Part shown: one piece after another, positions 32,690 to 51,021 of the stretch
Numbering within the stretch: the first letter of the stretch is position 1
How the letters are laid out: each line of letters begins with the position of its first letter
DNA from: Eledone cirrhosa
Lineage: Eukaryota
Direction of reading: 5' to 3'
Assembly: GCA_964016885.1 (NCBI GenBank)
Contig: OZ024750.1
Coordinates: forward strand, 35,712,001-35,776,000
Length of the DNA stretch: 64,000 nt
Translations under genes and position numbers: made by a program
Notes under the pieces: generated by a model
What the model was told of the DNA's origin: nothing
The model's input: only the letters and a program-made list of their open reading frames with translations
Databases searched by the model: none

Positions 32690-33840
32690 TTATACTGTTA
32701 CTATATTATGTAGTTACTATATTATGTAGTTACTATATTATACAGTTACTATATTATACTGTTATTATATTACACAGTTACTATATTATACAGTTACTAT
32801 ATTATACTGTTACTATATTATACAGTTACTATATTATACAGTTACTATATTATACAGTTACTATATTATACAGTTACTATATTATGCTGTTACTATATTA
32901 TACAGTTACTATATTATACAGTTACTATATTATACTGTTACTATATTATGTAGTTACTATATTATACAGTTACTATATTATACTGTTACTATATTATACT
33001 GTTACTATATTATACAGTTACTATATTATACTGTTACTATATTATACTGTTACTATATTATACTGTTACTATATTATACTGTTACTATATTATGTAGTTA
33101 CTATATTATACTGTTACTATATTATGTAGTTACTTTATTATACTGTTACTATATTATACTGTTACTATATTATACAGTTACTATATTATGTAGTTACTAT
33201 ATTATACAGTTACTATATTATACAGTTACTATATTATACAGTTACTATATTATACTGTTACTATATTATGTAGTTACTATATTATGTAGTTACTATATTA
33301 TACAGTTACTATATTATACTGTTATTATATTACACAGTTACTATATTATACAGTTACTATATTATACTGTTACTATATTATACAGTTACTATATTATACA
33401 GTTACTATATTATACAGTTACTATATTATACAGTTACTATATTATGCTGTTACTATATTATACAGTTACTATATTATACTGTTACTATATTATACTGTTA
33501 CTATATTATGTAGTTACTATATTATACAGTTACTATATTATACTGTTACTATATTATACTGTTACTATATTATACAGTTACTATATTATACTGTTACTAT
33601 ATTATACTGTTACTATATTATACTGTTACTATATTATACTGTTACTATATTATGTAGTTACTATATTATACTGTTACTATATTATGTAGTTACTTTATTA
33701 TACTGTTACTATATTATACTGTTACTATATTATACAGTTACTATATTATGTAGTTACTATATTATACAGTTACTATATTATACAGTTACTATATTATACA
33801 GTTACTATATTATACTGTTACTATATTATGTAGTTACTAT
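32690..33840 (+). repeat. Tandem duplication of 560 bp (35 monomers)
   Basis: GTTATTAT..TACACAG..GCT..ACTTTAT markers are repeated. Pseudo-ORFs 32884/33444. Confidence 0.85.
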
Positions 33841-35157
33841 ATTATACTGTTACTATATTATACTGTTACTATATTATACTGTTACTATATTATACAGTTA
33901 GTATATTATGTAGTTACTATATTATACTATTACTATATTATACAGTTACTATATTATGTAGTTACTATATTATACTGTTACTATATTATACTGTTAATAT
34001 ATTATACAGTTACTATATTATGTAGTTACTATATTATACAGTTACTATATTATACAGTTACTATATTATACAGTTACTATATTATACAGTTACTATATTA
34101 TACAGTTACTATATTATGTAGTTACTATATTATACAGTTACTATATTATGTAGTTACTATATTATACAGTTACTATATTATACTGTTACTATATTATACA
34201 GTTACTATATTATACAGTTACTATATTATACTGTTACTATATTATGTAGTTATTATATTATACTGTTACTATATTATACTGTTACTATATTATACTGTTA
34301 CTATGTTATACTGTTACTATATTATACTGTTACTATATTATACAGTTACTATATTATACTGTTACTATATTATACAGTTACTATATTATACTGTTACTAT
34401 ATTATACAGTTACTATATTATACTGTTACTATAGTATGTAGTTACTATATTATACTGTTACTATATTATACTGTTACTATATTATACATTTACTATATTA
34501 TACTGTTACTATATTATACAGTTACTATATTATACAGTTACTATATTATACTGTTACTATATTATACTGTTACTATATTATACAGTTACTATATTATACT
34601 GTTACTATATTATACAGTTACTATATTATACCGTTACTATATTATACTGTTACTATATTATACTGTTACTATATTATAGAGTTACTATATTATACTGTTA
34701 CTATATTATGTAGTTACTATATTATACTGTTACTATATTATGTAGTGACTATATTATACTGTTAGTATATTATGTAGTTACTATATTATACAGTTACTAT
34801 ATTATACAGTTACTATATTATACTGTTACTATATTATACTGTTACTATATTATGTAGTTACTATATTATACAGTTACTATATTATGTAGTTACTATATTA
34901 TACAGTTACTATATTATACAGTTACTATATTATACTGTTACTATATTATACAGTTACTATATTATACTGTTACTATATTATACAGTTTCTATATTATACT
35001 GTTACTATATTATACTATTACTATGTTATACAGTTACTATATTATACTGTTACTATATTATGTAGTTACTATATTATACTGTTACTATATTATACTGTTA
35101 CTATATTATACAGTTACTATATTATACTGTTACTATATTATACAGTTACTATATTAT

Positions 35158-35197
35158 ACAGCATAATATAGTAACAGTATAATATAGTAACAGTATA
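35158..35197 (-). repeat. Inverted satellite segment #13 (40 bp, ACAGCATAAT variant)
   Basis: Inverted 40-mer with T>C at its 5th base. Confidence 0.97.
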
Positions 35198-38100
35198 TTA
35201 TACAGTTACTATATTATGTAGTTACTATATTATACAGTTACTATATTATACAGTTACTATATTATGTAGTTACTATATTATACAGTTACTATATTATACT
35301 GTTACTATATTATACAGTTACTATATTATACTGTTACTATATTAAACTGTTACTATATTATACTGTTACTATATTATACTGTTACTATATTATACTGTTA
35401 CTATATTATGTAGTTACTATATTATACAGTTACTATATTATACAGTTACTATATTATAGAGTTACTATATTATACAGTTACTATATTATACTGTTACTAT
35501 ATTATACTGTTACTATATTATACTGTTACTATATTATACAGTTACTATATTATACAGTTACTATATTATACTGTTACTATATTATACTGTTACTATATTA
35601 TACAGTTACTATATTATACAGTTATTATATTATACTGTTACTATATTATACAGTTACTATATTATACAGTTACTATATTATACAGTTACTATATTATACT
35701 GTTACTATATTATACAGTTACTATATTATACTGTTACTATATTATACTGTTACTATATTATACAGTTACTATATTATACTGTTACTATATTATACAGTTA
35801 CTATATTATACAGTTACTATATTATACAGTTACTATGTTATACTGTTACTAATTTATACAGTTACTATATTATACTGTTACTATATTATAGATTTCCTAT
35901 ATTATACTGTTACTATATTATACAGTTACTATATTATACTGTTACTATATTATACTGTTACTATATTATACAGTTACTATATTATACTGTTACTATATTA
36001 TACAGTTACTATATTATACTGTTACTATATTATACAGTTACTATATTATACTGTTACTATATTATACTGTTACTATATTATACTGTTACTATATTATACA
36101 GTTACTATATTATACTGTTACTATATTATGTAGTTACTATATTATACTGTTACTATATTATGTAGTTACTATATTATACTGTTACTATATTATGTAGTTA
36201 CTATATTATAAAGTTACTATATTATACAGTTACTATATTATACTGTTACTATATTATACTGTTACTATATTATACTGTTACTATATTATGTAGTTACTAT
36301 ATTATACTGTTACTATATTATGTAGTTACTATATTATACTGTTACTATATTATGTAGTTACTATATTATACTGTTACTATATTATGTAGTTACTATATTA
36401 TAAAGTTACTATATTATACAGTTACTATATTATACTGTTACTATATTATACTGTTACTATATTATACTGTTACTATATTATGTAGTTACTATATTATACA
36501 GTTACTATATTATACAGTTACTATATTATACTGTTACTATATTATACAGTTACTATATTATACTGTTACTATATTATGTAGTTACTATATTATACTGTTA
36601 CTATATTATGTAGTTACTATATTGTACAGTTACTATATTATACAGTTACTATATTATACAGTTACTATATTATACTGTTACTATATTATACAGTTACTAT
36701 ATTATACTATTAATATATTATACTGTTACTATATTATACTGTTACTATATTATGTAGTTACTATATTATGTAGTTACTATATTATACAGTTACTATATTA
36801 TACTGTTATTATATTACACAGTTACTATATTATACAGTTACTATATTATACTGTTACTATATTATACAGTTACTATATCATACAGTTACTATATTATACA
36901 GTTACTATATTATACTGTTACTATATTATACTGTTACTATATTATACAGTTACTATATTATACTGTTACTATATTATACTGTTACTATATTATACTGTTA
37001 CTATATTATACTGTTACTATATTATGTAGTTACTATATTATACTGTTACTATATTATGTAGTTACTTTATTATACTGTTACTATATTATACTGTTACTAT
37101 ATTATACTGTTACTATATTATACAGTTACTATATTATGTAGTTACTATATTATACAGTTACTATATTATACAGTTACTATATTATACAGTTACTATATTA
37201 TACTGTTACTATATTATGTAGTTACTATATTATACTGTTACTATATTATACTGTTACTATATTATACTGTTACTATATTATACAGTTAGTATATTATGTA
37301 GTTACTATATTATACTATTACTATATTATACAGTTACTATATTATGTAGTTACTATATTATACTGTTACTATATTATACTGTTAATATATTATACAGTTA
37401 CTATATTATGTAGTTACTATATTATACAGTTACTATATTATACAGTTACTATATTATACAGTTACTATATTATACAGTTACTATATTATGTAGTTACTAT
37501 ATTATACAGTTACTATATTATGTAGTTACTATATTATACAGTTACTATATTATACTGTTACTATATTATACAGTTACTATATTATACAGTTACTATATTA
37601 TACTGTTACTATATTATGTAGTTACTATATTATACTGTTACTATATTATACTGTTACTATATTATACTGTTACTATGTTATACTGTTACTATATTATACG
37701 GTTACTATATTATACAGTTACTATATTATACTGTTACTATATTATACAGTTACTATATTATACTGTTACTATATTATACAGTTACTATATTATACTGTTA
37801 CTATAGTATGTAGTTACTATATTATACTGTTACTATATTATACAGTTACTATATTATACTGTTACTATATTATACTGTTACTATATTATACTGTTACTAT
37901 ATTATACAGTTACTATATTATACTGTTACTATATTATGTAGTTACTATATTATACTGTTACTATATTATGTAGTTACTATATTATACTGTTACTATATTA
38001 TGTAGTTACTATATTATAAAGTTACTATATTATACAGTTACTATATTATACTGTTACTATATTATACTGTTACTATATTATACTGTTACTATATTATGTA

Positions 38101-39297
38101 GCTACTATATTATACTGTTACTATATTATGTAGTTACTATATTATACTGTTACTATATTATGTAGTTACTATATTATACTGTTACTATATTATGTAGTTA
38201 CTATATTATAAAGTTACTATATTATACAGTTACTATATTATACTGTTACTATATTATACTGTTACTATATTATACTGTTACTATATTATGTAGTTACTAT
38301 ATTATACAGTTACTATATTATACAGTTACTATATTATACTGTTACTATATTATACAGTTACTATATTATACTGTTACTATATTATGTAGTTACTATATTA
38401 TACTGTTACTATATTATGTAGTTACTATATTATACAGTTACTATATTATATTGTTACTATATTATACTGTTACTATATTATACAGTTACTATATTATACT
38501 GTTACTATATTATACTGTTACTATATTATACTGTTACTATATTATACTGTTACTATATTATGTAGTTACTATATTATACTGTTACTATATTATGTAGTTA
38601 CTTTATTATACTGTTACTATATTATACTGTTACTATATTATACTGTTACTATATTATACAGTTACTATATTATGTAGTTACTATATTATACAGTTACTAT
38701 ATTATACAGTTACTATATTATACTGTTACTATATTATGTAGTTACTATATTATACTGTTACTATATTATACTGTTACTATATTATACTGTTACTATATTA
38801 TACAGTTAGTATATTATGTAGTTACTATATTATACTATTACTATATTATACAGTTACTATATTATGTAGTTACTATATTATACTGTTACTATATTATACT
38901 GTTAATATATTATACAGTTACTATATTATGTAGTTACTATATTATACAGTTACTATATTATACTGTTACTATATTATACTGTTAATATATTATGTAGTTA
39001 CTATATTATACAGTTACTATATTATGTAGTTACTATATTATACAGTTACTATATTATACAGTTACGATATTATACTGTTACTATATTATACAGTTACTAT
39101 ATTATACTGTTACTATATTATACAGTTTCTGTATTATACTGTTACTATATTATACTATTACTATGTTATACAGTTACTATATTATACTGTTACTATATTA
39201 TGTAGTTACTATATTATACTGTTACTATATTATACTGTTACTATATTATACAGTTACTATATTATACTGTTACTATATTATACAGTTACTATATTAT

Positions 39298-39337
39298 ACA
39301 GTATAATATAGTAACAGTATAATATAGTAACAGTATA
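39298..39337 (-). repeat. Inverted satellite segment #14 (40 bp)
   Basis: Same inverted 40-mer. Shares downstream TACAATAT and GTTCCT markers with #12. Confidence 0.97.
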
Positions 39338-42300
39338 TTATACAGTTACTATATTATGTAGTTACTATATTATACAGTTACTATATTATACAGTTACTAT
39401 ATTGTGTAGTTACAATATTATACAGTTACTATATTATACTGTTCCTATATTATACAGTTACTATATTATACTGTTACTATATTAAACTGTTACTATATTA
39501 TACTGTTACTATATTATACTGTTACTATATTATACTGTTACTATATTATACTGTTACTATATTATGTAGTTACTATATTATACAGTTACTATATTATACA
39601 GTTACTATATTATACAGTTACTATATTATACAGTTACTATATTATACTGTTACTATATTATACTGTTACTATATTATACTGTTACTATATTATACAGTTA
39701 CTATATTATACAGTTACTATATTATACTGTTACTGTATTATACTGTTACTATATTATACAGTTACTATATTATACAGTTATTATATTATACTGTTACTAT
39801 ATTATACAGTTACTATATTATACAGTTACTATATTATACAGTTAATATATTATACTGTTACTATATTATACAGTTACTATATTATACTGTTACTATATTA
39901 TACTGTTACTATATTATACAGTTACTATATTATACTGTTACTATATTATACAGTTACTATATTATACAGTTACTATATTATACAGTTACTATGTTATACT
40001 GTTACTATATTATACAGTTACTATATTATACTGTTACTATATTATACATTTCCTATATTATACTGTTACTATATTATACAGTTACTATATTATACTGTTA
40101 CTATATTATACTGTTACTATATTATACAGTTACTATATTATACTGTTACTATATTATACAGTTACTATATTATACAGTTACTATATTATACTGTTACTAT
40201 ATTATACTGTTACTATATTTTACAGTTACTATATTATACTGTTACTATATTATACAGTTACTATATTATACTGTTACTATATTATACTGTTACTATATTA
40301 TACTGTTACTATATTATACAGTTACTATATTATACTGTTACTATATTATGTAGTTACTATATTATACTGTTACTATATTATGTAGTTACTATATTATACT
40401 GTTACTATATTATGTAGTTACTATATTATAAAGTTACTATATTATACAGTTACTATATTATACTGTTACTATATTATACTGTTACTATATTATACTGTTA
40501 CTATATTATGTAGTTACTATATTATACAGTTACTATATTATGTAGTTACTATATTATACTGTTACTATATTATGTAGTTACTATATTATACAGTTACTAT
40601 ATTATACAGTTACTATATTATACTGTTACTATATTATACAGTTACTATATTATAATGTTACTATATTATGTAGTTACTATATTATACTGTTACTATATTA
40701 TGTAGTTACTATATTATACAGTTACTATATTATACAGTTACTATATTATACAGTTACTATATTATACAGTTACTATATTATACTGTTACTATATTATACA
40801 GTTACTATATTATACTATTAATATATTATAATGTTACTATATTATACTGTTACTATATTATGTAGTTACTATATTATGTAGTTACTATATTATACAGTTA
40901 CTATATTATACTGTTATTATATTACACAGTTACTATATTATACAGTTACTATATTATACTGTTACTATATTATACAGTTACTATATTATACAGTTACTAT
41001 ATTATACAGTTACTATATTATACAGTTACTATATTATGCTGTTACTATATTATACAGTTACTATATTATACAGTTACTATATTATACTGTTACTATATTA
41101 TGTAGTTACTATATTATACAGTTACTATATTATACTGTTACTATATTATACTGTTACTATATTATACAGTTACTATATTATACTGTTACTATATTATACT
41201 GTTACTATATTATACTGTTACTATATTATACTGTTACTATATTATGTAGTTACTATATTATACTGTTACTATATTATGTAGTTACTTTATTATACTGTTA
41301 CTATATTATACTGTTACTATATTATACTGTTACTATATTATACAGTTACTATATTATGTAGTTACTATATTATACAGTTACTATATTATACAGTTACTAT
41401 ATTATACAGTTACTATATTATACTGTTACTATATTATGTAGTTACTATATTATACTGTTACTATATTATACTGTTACTATATTATACTGTTACTATATTA
41501 TACAGTTAGTATATTATGTAGTTACTATATTATACTATTACTATATTATACACTTACTATATTATGTAGTTACTATATTATACTGTTACTATATTATGCT
41601 GTTAATATATTATACAGTTACTATATTATGTAGTTACTATATTATACAGTTACTATATTATACAGTTACTATATTATACAGTTACTATATTATACAGTTA
41701 CTATATTATACAGTTACTATATTATGTAGTTACTATATTATACAGTTACTATATTATGTAGTTACTATATTATACAGTTACTATATTATACTGTTACTAT
41801 ATTATACAGTTACTATATTATACAGTTACTATATTATACTGTTACTATATTATGTAGTTACTATATTATACTGTTACTATATTATACTGTTACTATATTA
41901 TACTGTTACTATGTTATACTGTTACTATATTATACTGTTACTATATTATACAGTTACTATATTATACTGTTACTATATTATACAGTTACTATATTATACT
42001 GTTACTATATTATACAGTTACTATATTATACTGTTACTATAGTATGTAGTTACTATATTATACTGTTACTATATTATACTGTTACTATATTATACATTTA
42101 CTATATTATACTGTTACTATATTATACAGTTACTATATTATACAGTTACTATATTATACTGTTACTATATTATACTGTTACTATATTATACAGTTACTAT
42201 ATTATACTGTTACTATATTATACAGTTACTATATTATACCGTTACTATATTATACTGTTACTATATTATACTGTTACTATATTATAGAGTTACTATATTA

Positions 42301-42765
42301 TACTGTTACTATATTATGTAGTTACTATATTATACTGTTACTATATTATGTAGTGACTATATTATACTGTTAGTATATTATGTAGTTACTATATTATACA
42401 GTTACTATATTATACAGTTACTATATTATACTGTTACTATATTATACTGTTACTATATTATGTAGTTACTATATTATACAGTTACTATATTATGTAGTTA
42501 CTATATTATACAGTTACTATATTATACAGTTACTATATTATACTGTTACTATATTATACAGTTACTATATTATACTGTTACTATATTATACAGTTTCTAT
42601 ATTATACTGTTACTATATTATACTATTACTATGTTATACAGTTACTATATTATACTGTTACTATATTATGTAGTTACTATATTATACTGTTACTATATTA
42701 TACTGTTACTATATTATACAGTTACTATATTATACTGTTACTATATTATACAGTTACTATATTAT

Positions 42766-42805
42766 ACAGCATAATATAGTAACAGTATAATATAGTAACA
42801 GTATA
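42766..42805 (-). repeat. Inverted satellite segment #15 (40 bp, ACAGCATAAT variant)
   Basis: Inverted 40-mer with T>C. Confidence 0.97.
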
Positions 42806-45800
42806 TTATACAGTTACTATATTATGTAGTTACTATATTATACAGTTACTATATTATACAGTTACTATATTATGTAGTTACTATATTATACAGTTACTAT
42901 ATTATACTGTTACTATATTATACAGTTACTATATTATACTGTTACTATATTAAACTGTTACTATATTATACTGTTACTATATTATACTGTTACTATATTA
43001 TACTGTTACTATATTATGTAGTTACTATATTATACAGTTACTATATTATACAGTTACTATATTATACAGTTACTATATTATACAGTTACTATATTATACT
43101 GTTACTATATTATACTGTTACTATATTATACTGTTACTATATTATACAGTTACTATATTATACTGTTACTATATTATACTGTTACTATATTATACAGTTA
43201 CTATATTATACAGTTATTATATTATACTGTTACTATATTATACAGTTACTATATTATACAGTTACTATATTATACAGTTACTATATTATACTGTTACTAT
43301 ATTATACAGTTACTATATTATACTGTTACTATATTATACAGTTACTATATTATACAGTTATTATATTATACTGTTACTATATTATACAGTTACTATATTA
43401 TACAGTTACTATATTATACAGTTAATATATTATACTGTTACTATATTATACAGTTACTATATTATACTGTTACTATATTATACTGTTACTATATTATACA
43501 GTTACTATATTATACTGTTACTATATTATACAGTTACTATATTATACAGTTACTATATTATACAGTTACTATGTTATACTGTTACTATATTATACAGTTA
43601 CTATATTATACTGTTACTATATTATACATTTCCTATATTATACTGTTACTATATTATACAGTTACTATATTATACTGTTACTATATTATACTGTTACTAT
43701 ATTATACAGTTACTATATTATACTGTTACTATATTATACAGTTACTATATTATACAGTTACTATATTATACTGTTACTATATTATACTGTTACTATATTT
43801 TACAGTTACTATATTATACTGTTACTATATTATACAGTTACTATATTATACTGTTACTATATTATACTGTTACTATATTATACTGTTACTATATTATACA
43901 GTTACTATATTATACTGTTACTATATTATGTAGTTACTATATTATACTGTTACTATATTATGTAGTTACTATATTATACTGTTACTATATTATGTAGTTA
44001 CTATATTATAAAATTACTATATTATACAGTTACTATATTATACTGTTACTATATTATACTGTTACTATATTATACTGTTACTATATTATGTAGTTACTAT
44101 ATTATACAGTTACTATATTATGTAGTTACTATATTATACTGTTACTATATTATGTAGTTACTATATTATACAGTTACTATATTATACAGTTACTATATTA
44201 TACTGTTACTATATTATACAGTTACTATATTATACTGTTACTATATTATGTAGTTACTATATTATACTGTTACTATATTATGTAGTTACTATATTATACA
44301 GTTACTATATTATACAGTTACTATATTATACAGTTACTATATTATACAGTTACTATATTATACTGTTACTATATTATACAGTTACTATATTATACTATTA
44401 ATATATTATAATGTTACTATATTATACTGTTACTATATTATGTAGTTACTATATTATGTAGTTACTATATTATACAGTTACTATATTATACTGTTATTAT
44501 ATTACACAGTTACTATATTATACAGTTACTATATTATACTGTTACTATATTATACAGTTACTATATTATACAGTTACTATATTATACAGTTACTATATTA
44601 TACAGTTACTATATTATGCTGTTACTATATTATACAGTTACTATATTATACAGTTACTATATTATACTGTTACTATATTATGTAGTTACTATATTATACA
44701 GTTACTATATTATACTGTTACTATATTATACTGTTACTATATTATACAGTTACTATATTATACTGTTACTATATTATACTGTTACTATATTATACTGTTA
44801 CTATATTATACTGTTACTATATTATGTAGTTACTATATTATACTGTTACTATATTATGTAGTTACTTTATTATACTGTTACTATATTATACTGTTACTAT
44901 ATTATACTGTTACTATATTATACAGTTACTATATTATGTAGTTACTATATTATACAGTTACTATATTATACAGTTACTATATTATACAGTTACTATATTA
45001 TACTGTTACTATATTATGTAGTTACTATATTATACTGTTACTATATTATACTGTTACTATATTATACTGTTACTATATTATACAGTTAGTATATTATGTA
45101 GTTACTATATTATACTATTACTATATTATACACTTACTATATTATGTAGTTACTATATTATACTGTTACTATATTATGCTGTTAATATATTATACAGTTA
45201 CTATATTATGTAGTTACTATATTATACAGTTACTATATTATACAGTTACTATATTATACAGTTACTATATTATACAGTTACTATATTATACAGTTACTAT
45301 ATTATGTAGTTACTATATTATACAGTTACTATATTATGTAGTTACTATATTATACAGTTACTATATTATACTGTTACTATATTATACAGTTACTATATTA
45401 TACAGTTACTATATTATACTGTTACTATATTATGTAGTTACTATATTATACTGTTACTATATTATACTGTTACTATATTATACTGTTACTATGTTATACT
45501 GTTACTATATTATACTGTTACTATATTATACAGTTACTATATTATACTGTTACTATATTATACAGTTACTATATTATACTGTTACTATATTATACAGTTA
45601 CTATATTATACTGTTACTATAGTATGTAGTTACTATATTATACTGTTACTATATTATACTGTTACTATATTATACATTTACTATATTATACTGTTACTAT
45701 ATTATACAGTTACTATATTATACAGTTACTATATTATACTGTTACTATATTATACTGTTACTATATTATACAGTTACTATATTATACTGTTACTATATTA

Positions 45801-46345
45801 TACAGTTACTATATTATACCGTTACTATATTATACTGTTACTATATTATACTGTTACTATATTATAGAGTTACTATATTATACTGTTACTATATTATGTA
45901 GTTACTATATTATACTGTTACTATATTATGTAGTGACTATATTATACTGTTAGTATATTATGTAGTTACTATATTATACAGTTACTATATTATACAGTTA
46001 CTATATTATACTGTTACTATATTATACTGTTACTATATTATGTAGTTACTATATTATACAGTTACTATATTATGTAGTTACTATATTATACAGTTACTAT
46101 ATTATACAGTTACTATATTATACTGTTACTATATTATACAGTTACTATATTATACTGTTACTATATTATACAGTTTCTATATTATACTGTTACTATATTA
46201 TACTATTACTATGTTATACAGTTACTATATTATACTGTTACTATATTATGTAGTTACTATATTATACTGTTACTATATTATACTGTTACTATATTATACA
46301 GTTACTATATTATACTGTTACTATATTATACAGTTACTATATTAT

Positions 46346-46385
46346 ACAGCATAATATAGTAACAGTATAATATAGTAACAGTATA
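46346..46385 (-). repeat. Inverted satellite segment #16 (40 bp, ACAGCATAAT variant)
   Basis: Paralogue of #15 at offset 3,580. Confidence 0.97.
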
Positions 46386-49300
46386 TTATACAGTTACTAT
46401 ATTATGTAGTTACTATATTATACAGTTACTATATTATACAGTTACTATATTATGTAGTTACTATATTATACAGTTACTATATTATACTGTTACTATATTA
46501 TACAGTTACTATATTATACTGTTACTATATTAAACTGTTACTATATTATACTGTTACTATATTATACTGTTACTATATTATACTGTTACTATATTATGTA
46601 GTTACTATATTATACAGTTACTATATTATACAGTTACTATATTATACAGTTACTATATTATACAGTTACTATATTATACTGTTACTATATTATACTGTTA
46701 CTATATTATACTGTTACTATATTATACAGTTACTATATTATACAGTTACTATATTATACTGTTACTATATTATACTGTTACTATATTATACAGTTACTAT
46801 ATTATACAGTTATTATATTATACTGTTACTATATTATACAGTTACTATATTATACAGTTACTATATTATACAGTTACTATATTATACTGTTACTATATTA
46901 TACAGTTACTATATTATACAGTTACTATATTATACTGTTACTATATTATACAGTTACTATATTATACAGTTACTATATTATACAGTTACTATGTTATACT
47001 GTTACTAATTTATACAGTTACTATATTATACTGTTACTATATTATAGATTTCCTATATTATACTGTTACTATATTATACAGTTACTATATTATACTGTTA
47101 CTATATTATACTGTTACTATATTATACAGTTACTATATTATACTGTTACTATATTATACAGTTACTATATTATACTGTTACTATATTATACAGTTACTAT
47201 ATTATACTGTTACTATATTATACTGTTACTATATTATACTGTTACTATATTATACAGTTACTATATTATACTGTTACTATATTATGTAGTTACTATATTA
47301 TACTGTTACTATATTATGTAGTTACTATATTATACTGTTACTATATTATGTAGTTACTATATTATAAAGTTACTATATTATACAGTTACTATATTATACT
47401 GTTACTATATTATACTGTTACTATATTATACTGTTACTATATTATGTAGTTACTATATTATACTGTTACTATCTTATGTAGTTACTATATTATACTGTTA
47501 CTATATTATGTAGTTACTATATTATACTGTTACTATATTATGTAGTTACTATATTATAAAGTTACTATATTATACAGTTACTATATTATACTGTTACTAT
47601 ATTATACTGTTACTATATTATACTGTTACTATATTATGTAGTTACTATATTATACAGTTACTATATTATACAGTTACTATATTATACTGTTACTATATTA
47701 TACAGTTACTATATTATACTGTTACTATATTATGTAGTTACTATATTATACTGTTACTATATTATGTAGTTACTATATTGTACAGTTACTATATTATACA
47801 GTTACTATATTATACAGTTACTATATTATACTGTTACTATATTATACAGTTACTATATTATACTATTAATATATTATACTGTTACTATATTATACTGTTA
47901 CTATATTATGTAGTTACTATATTATGTAGTTACTATATTATACAGTTACTATATTATACTGTTATTATATTACACAGTTACTATATTATACAGTTACTAT
48001 ATTATACTGTTACTATATTATACAGTTACTATATCATACAGTTACTATATTATACAGTTACTATATTATACAGTTACTATATTATGCTGTTACTATATTA
48101 TACAGTTACTATATTATACAGTTACTATATTATACTGTTACTATATTATGTAGTTACTATATTATACAGTTACTATATTATACTGTTACTATATTATACT
48201 GTTACTATATTATACAGTTACTATATTATACTGTTACTATATTATACTGTTACTATATTATACTGTTACTATATTATACTGTTACTATATTATGTAGTTA
48301 CTATATTATACTGTTACTATATTATGTAGTTACTTTATTATACTGTTACTATATTATACTGTTACTATATTATACTGTTACTATATTATACAGTTACTAT
48401 ATTATGTAGTTACTATATTATACAGTTACTATATTATACAGTTACTATATTATACAGTTACTATATTATACTGTTACTATATTATGTAGTTACTATATTA
48501 TACTGTTACTATATTATACTGTTACTATATTATACTGTTACTATATTATACAGTTAGTATATTATGTAGTTACTATATTATACTATTACTATATTATACA
48601 GTTACTATATTATGTAGTTACTATATTATACTGTTACTATATTATACTGTTAATATATTATACAGTTACTATATTATGTAGTTACTATATTATACAGTTA
48701 CTATATTATACAGTTACTATATTATACAGTTACTATATTATACAGTTACTATATTATACAGTTACTATATTATGTAGTTACTATATTATACAGTTACTAT
48801 ATTATGTAGTTACTATATTATACAGTTACTATATTATACTGTTACTATATTATACAGTTACTATATTATACAGTTACTATATTATACTGTTACTATATTA
48901 TGTAGTTACTATATTATACTGTTACTATATTATACTGTTACTATATTATACTGTTACTATGTTATACTGTTACTATATTATACGGTTACTATATTATACA
49001 GTTACTATAATATACTGTTACTATATTATACAGTTACTATATTATACTGTTACTATATTATACAGTTACTATATTATACTGTTACTATAGTATGTAGTTA
49101 CTATATTATACTGTTACTATATTATACAGTTACTATATTATACTGTTACTATATTATACTGTTACTATATTATACTGTTACTATATTATACAGTTACTAT
49201 ATTATACTGTTACTATATTATGTAGTTACTATATTATACTGTTACTATATTATGTAGTTACTATATTATACTGTTACTATATTATGTAGTTACTATATTA

Positions 49301-50981
49301 TAAAGTTACTATATTATACAGTTACTATATTATACTGTTACTATATTATACTGTTACTATATTATACTGTTACTATATTATGTAGCTACTATATTATACT
49401 GTTACTATATTATGTAGTTACTATATTATACTGTTACTATATTATGTAGTTACTATATTATACTGTTACTATATTATGTAGTTACTATATTATAAAGTTA
49501 CTATATTATACAGTTACTATATTATACTGTTACTATATTATACTGTTACTATATTATACTGTTACTATATTATGTAGTTACTATATTATACAGTTACTAT
49601 ATTATACAGTTACTATATTATACTGTTACTATATTATACAGTTACTATATTATACTGTTACTATATTATGTAGTTACTATATTATACTGTTACTATATTA
49701 TGTAGTTACTATATTATACAGTTACTATATTATACAGTTACTATATTATACAGTTACTATATTATACAGTTACTATATTATACTGTTACTATATTATACA
49801 GTTACTATATTATACTATTAATATATTATACTGTTACTATATTATACTGTTACTATATTATGTAGTTACTATATTATGTAGTTACTATATTATACAGTTA
49901 CTATATTATACTGTTATTATATTACACAGTTACTATATTATACAGTTACTATATTATACTGTTACTATATTATACAGTTACTATATTATACAGTTACTAT
50001 ATTATACAGTTACTATATTATACAGTTACTATATTATGCTGTTACTATATTATACAGTTACTATATTATACAGTTACTATATTATACTGTTACTATATTA
50101 TGTAGTTACTATATTATACAGTTACTATATTATACTGTTACTATATTATACTGTTACTATATTATACAGTTACTATATTATACTGTTACTATATTATACT
50201 GTTACTATATTATACTGTTACTATATTATACTGTTACTATATTATGTAGTTACTATATTATACTGTTACTATATTATGTAGTTACTTTATTATACTGTTA
50301 CTATATTATACTGTTACTATATTATACTGTTACTATATTATACAGTTACTATATTATGTAGTTACTATATTATACAGTTACTATATTATACAGTTACTAT
50401 ATTATACAGTTACTATATTATACTGCTACTATATTATGTAGTTACTATATTATACTGTTACTATATTATACTGTTACTATATTATACTGTTACTATATTA
50501 TACAGTTAGTATATTATGTAGTTACTATATTATACTATTACTATATTATACAGTTACTATATTATGTAGTTACTATATTATACTGTTACTATATTATACT
50601 GTTAATATATTATACAGTTACTATATTATGTAGTTACTATATTATACAGTTACTATATTATACAGTTACTATATTATACAGTTACTATATTATACAGTTA
50701 CTATATTATACAGTTACTATATTATGTAGTTACTATATTATACAGTTACTATATTATGTAGTTACTATATTATACAGTTACTATATTATACTGTTACTAT
50801 ATTATACAGTTTCTATATTATACTGTTACTATATTATACTATTACTATGTTATACAGTTACTATATTATACTGTTACTATATTATGTAGTTACTATATTA
50901 TACTGTTACTATATTATACTGTTACTATATTATACAGTTACTATATTATACTGTTACTATATTATACAGTTACTATATTAT

Positions 50982-51021
50982 ACAGCATAATATAGTAACA
51001 GTATAATATAGTAACAGTATA
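50982..51021 (-). repeat. Inverted satellite segment #17 (40 bp, ACAGCATAAT variant)
   Basis: Paralogue of #16 at offset 4,636. Confidence 0.97.

Larger units (their letters stand above)
39745..46740 (+). repeat. Tandem duplication of 3,580 bp
   Basis: Pseudo-ORFs 39991/43571, 41036/44616, 41596/45176 and inversions #15/#16 are all offset by 3,580. Confidence 0.9.
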
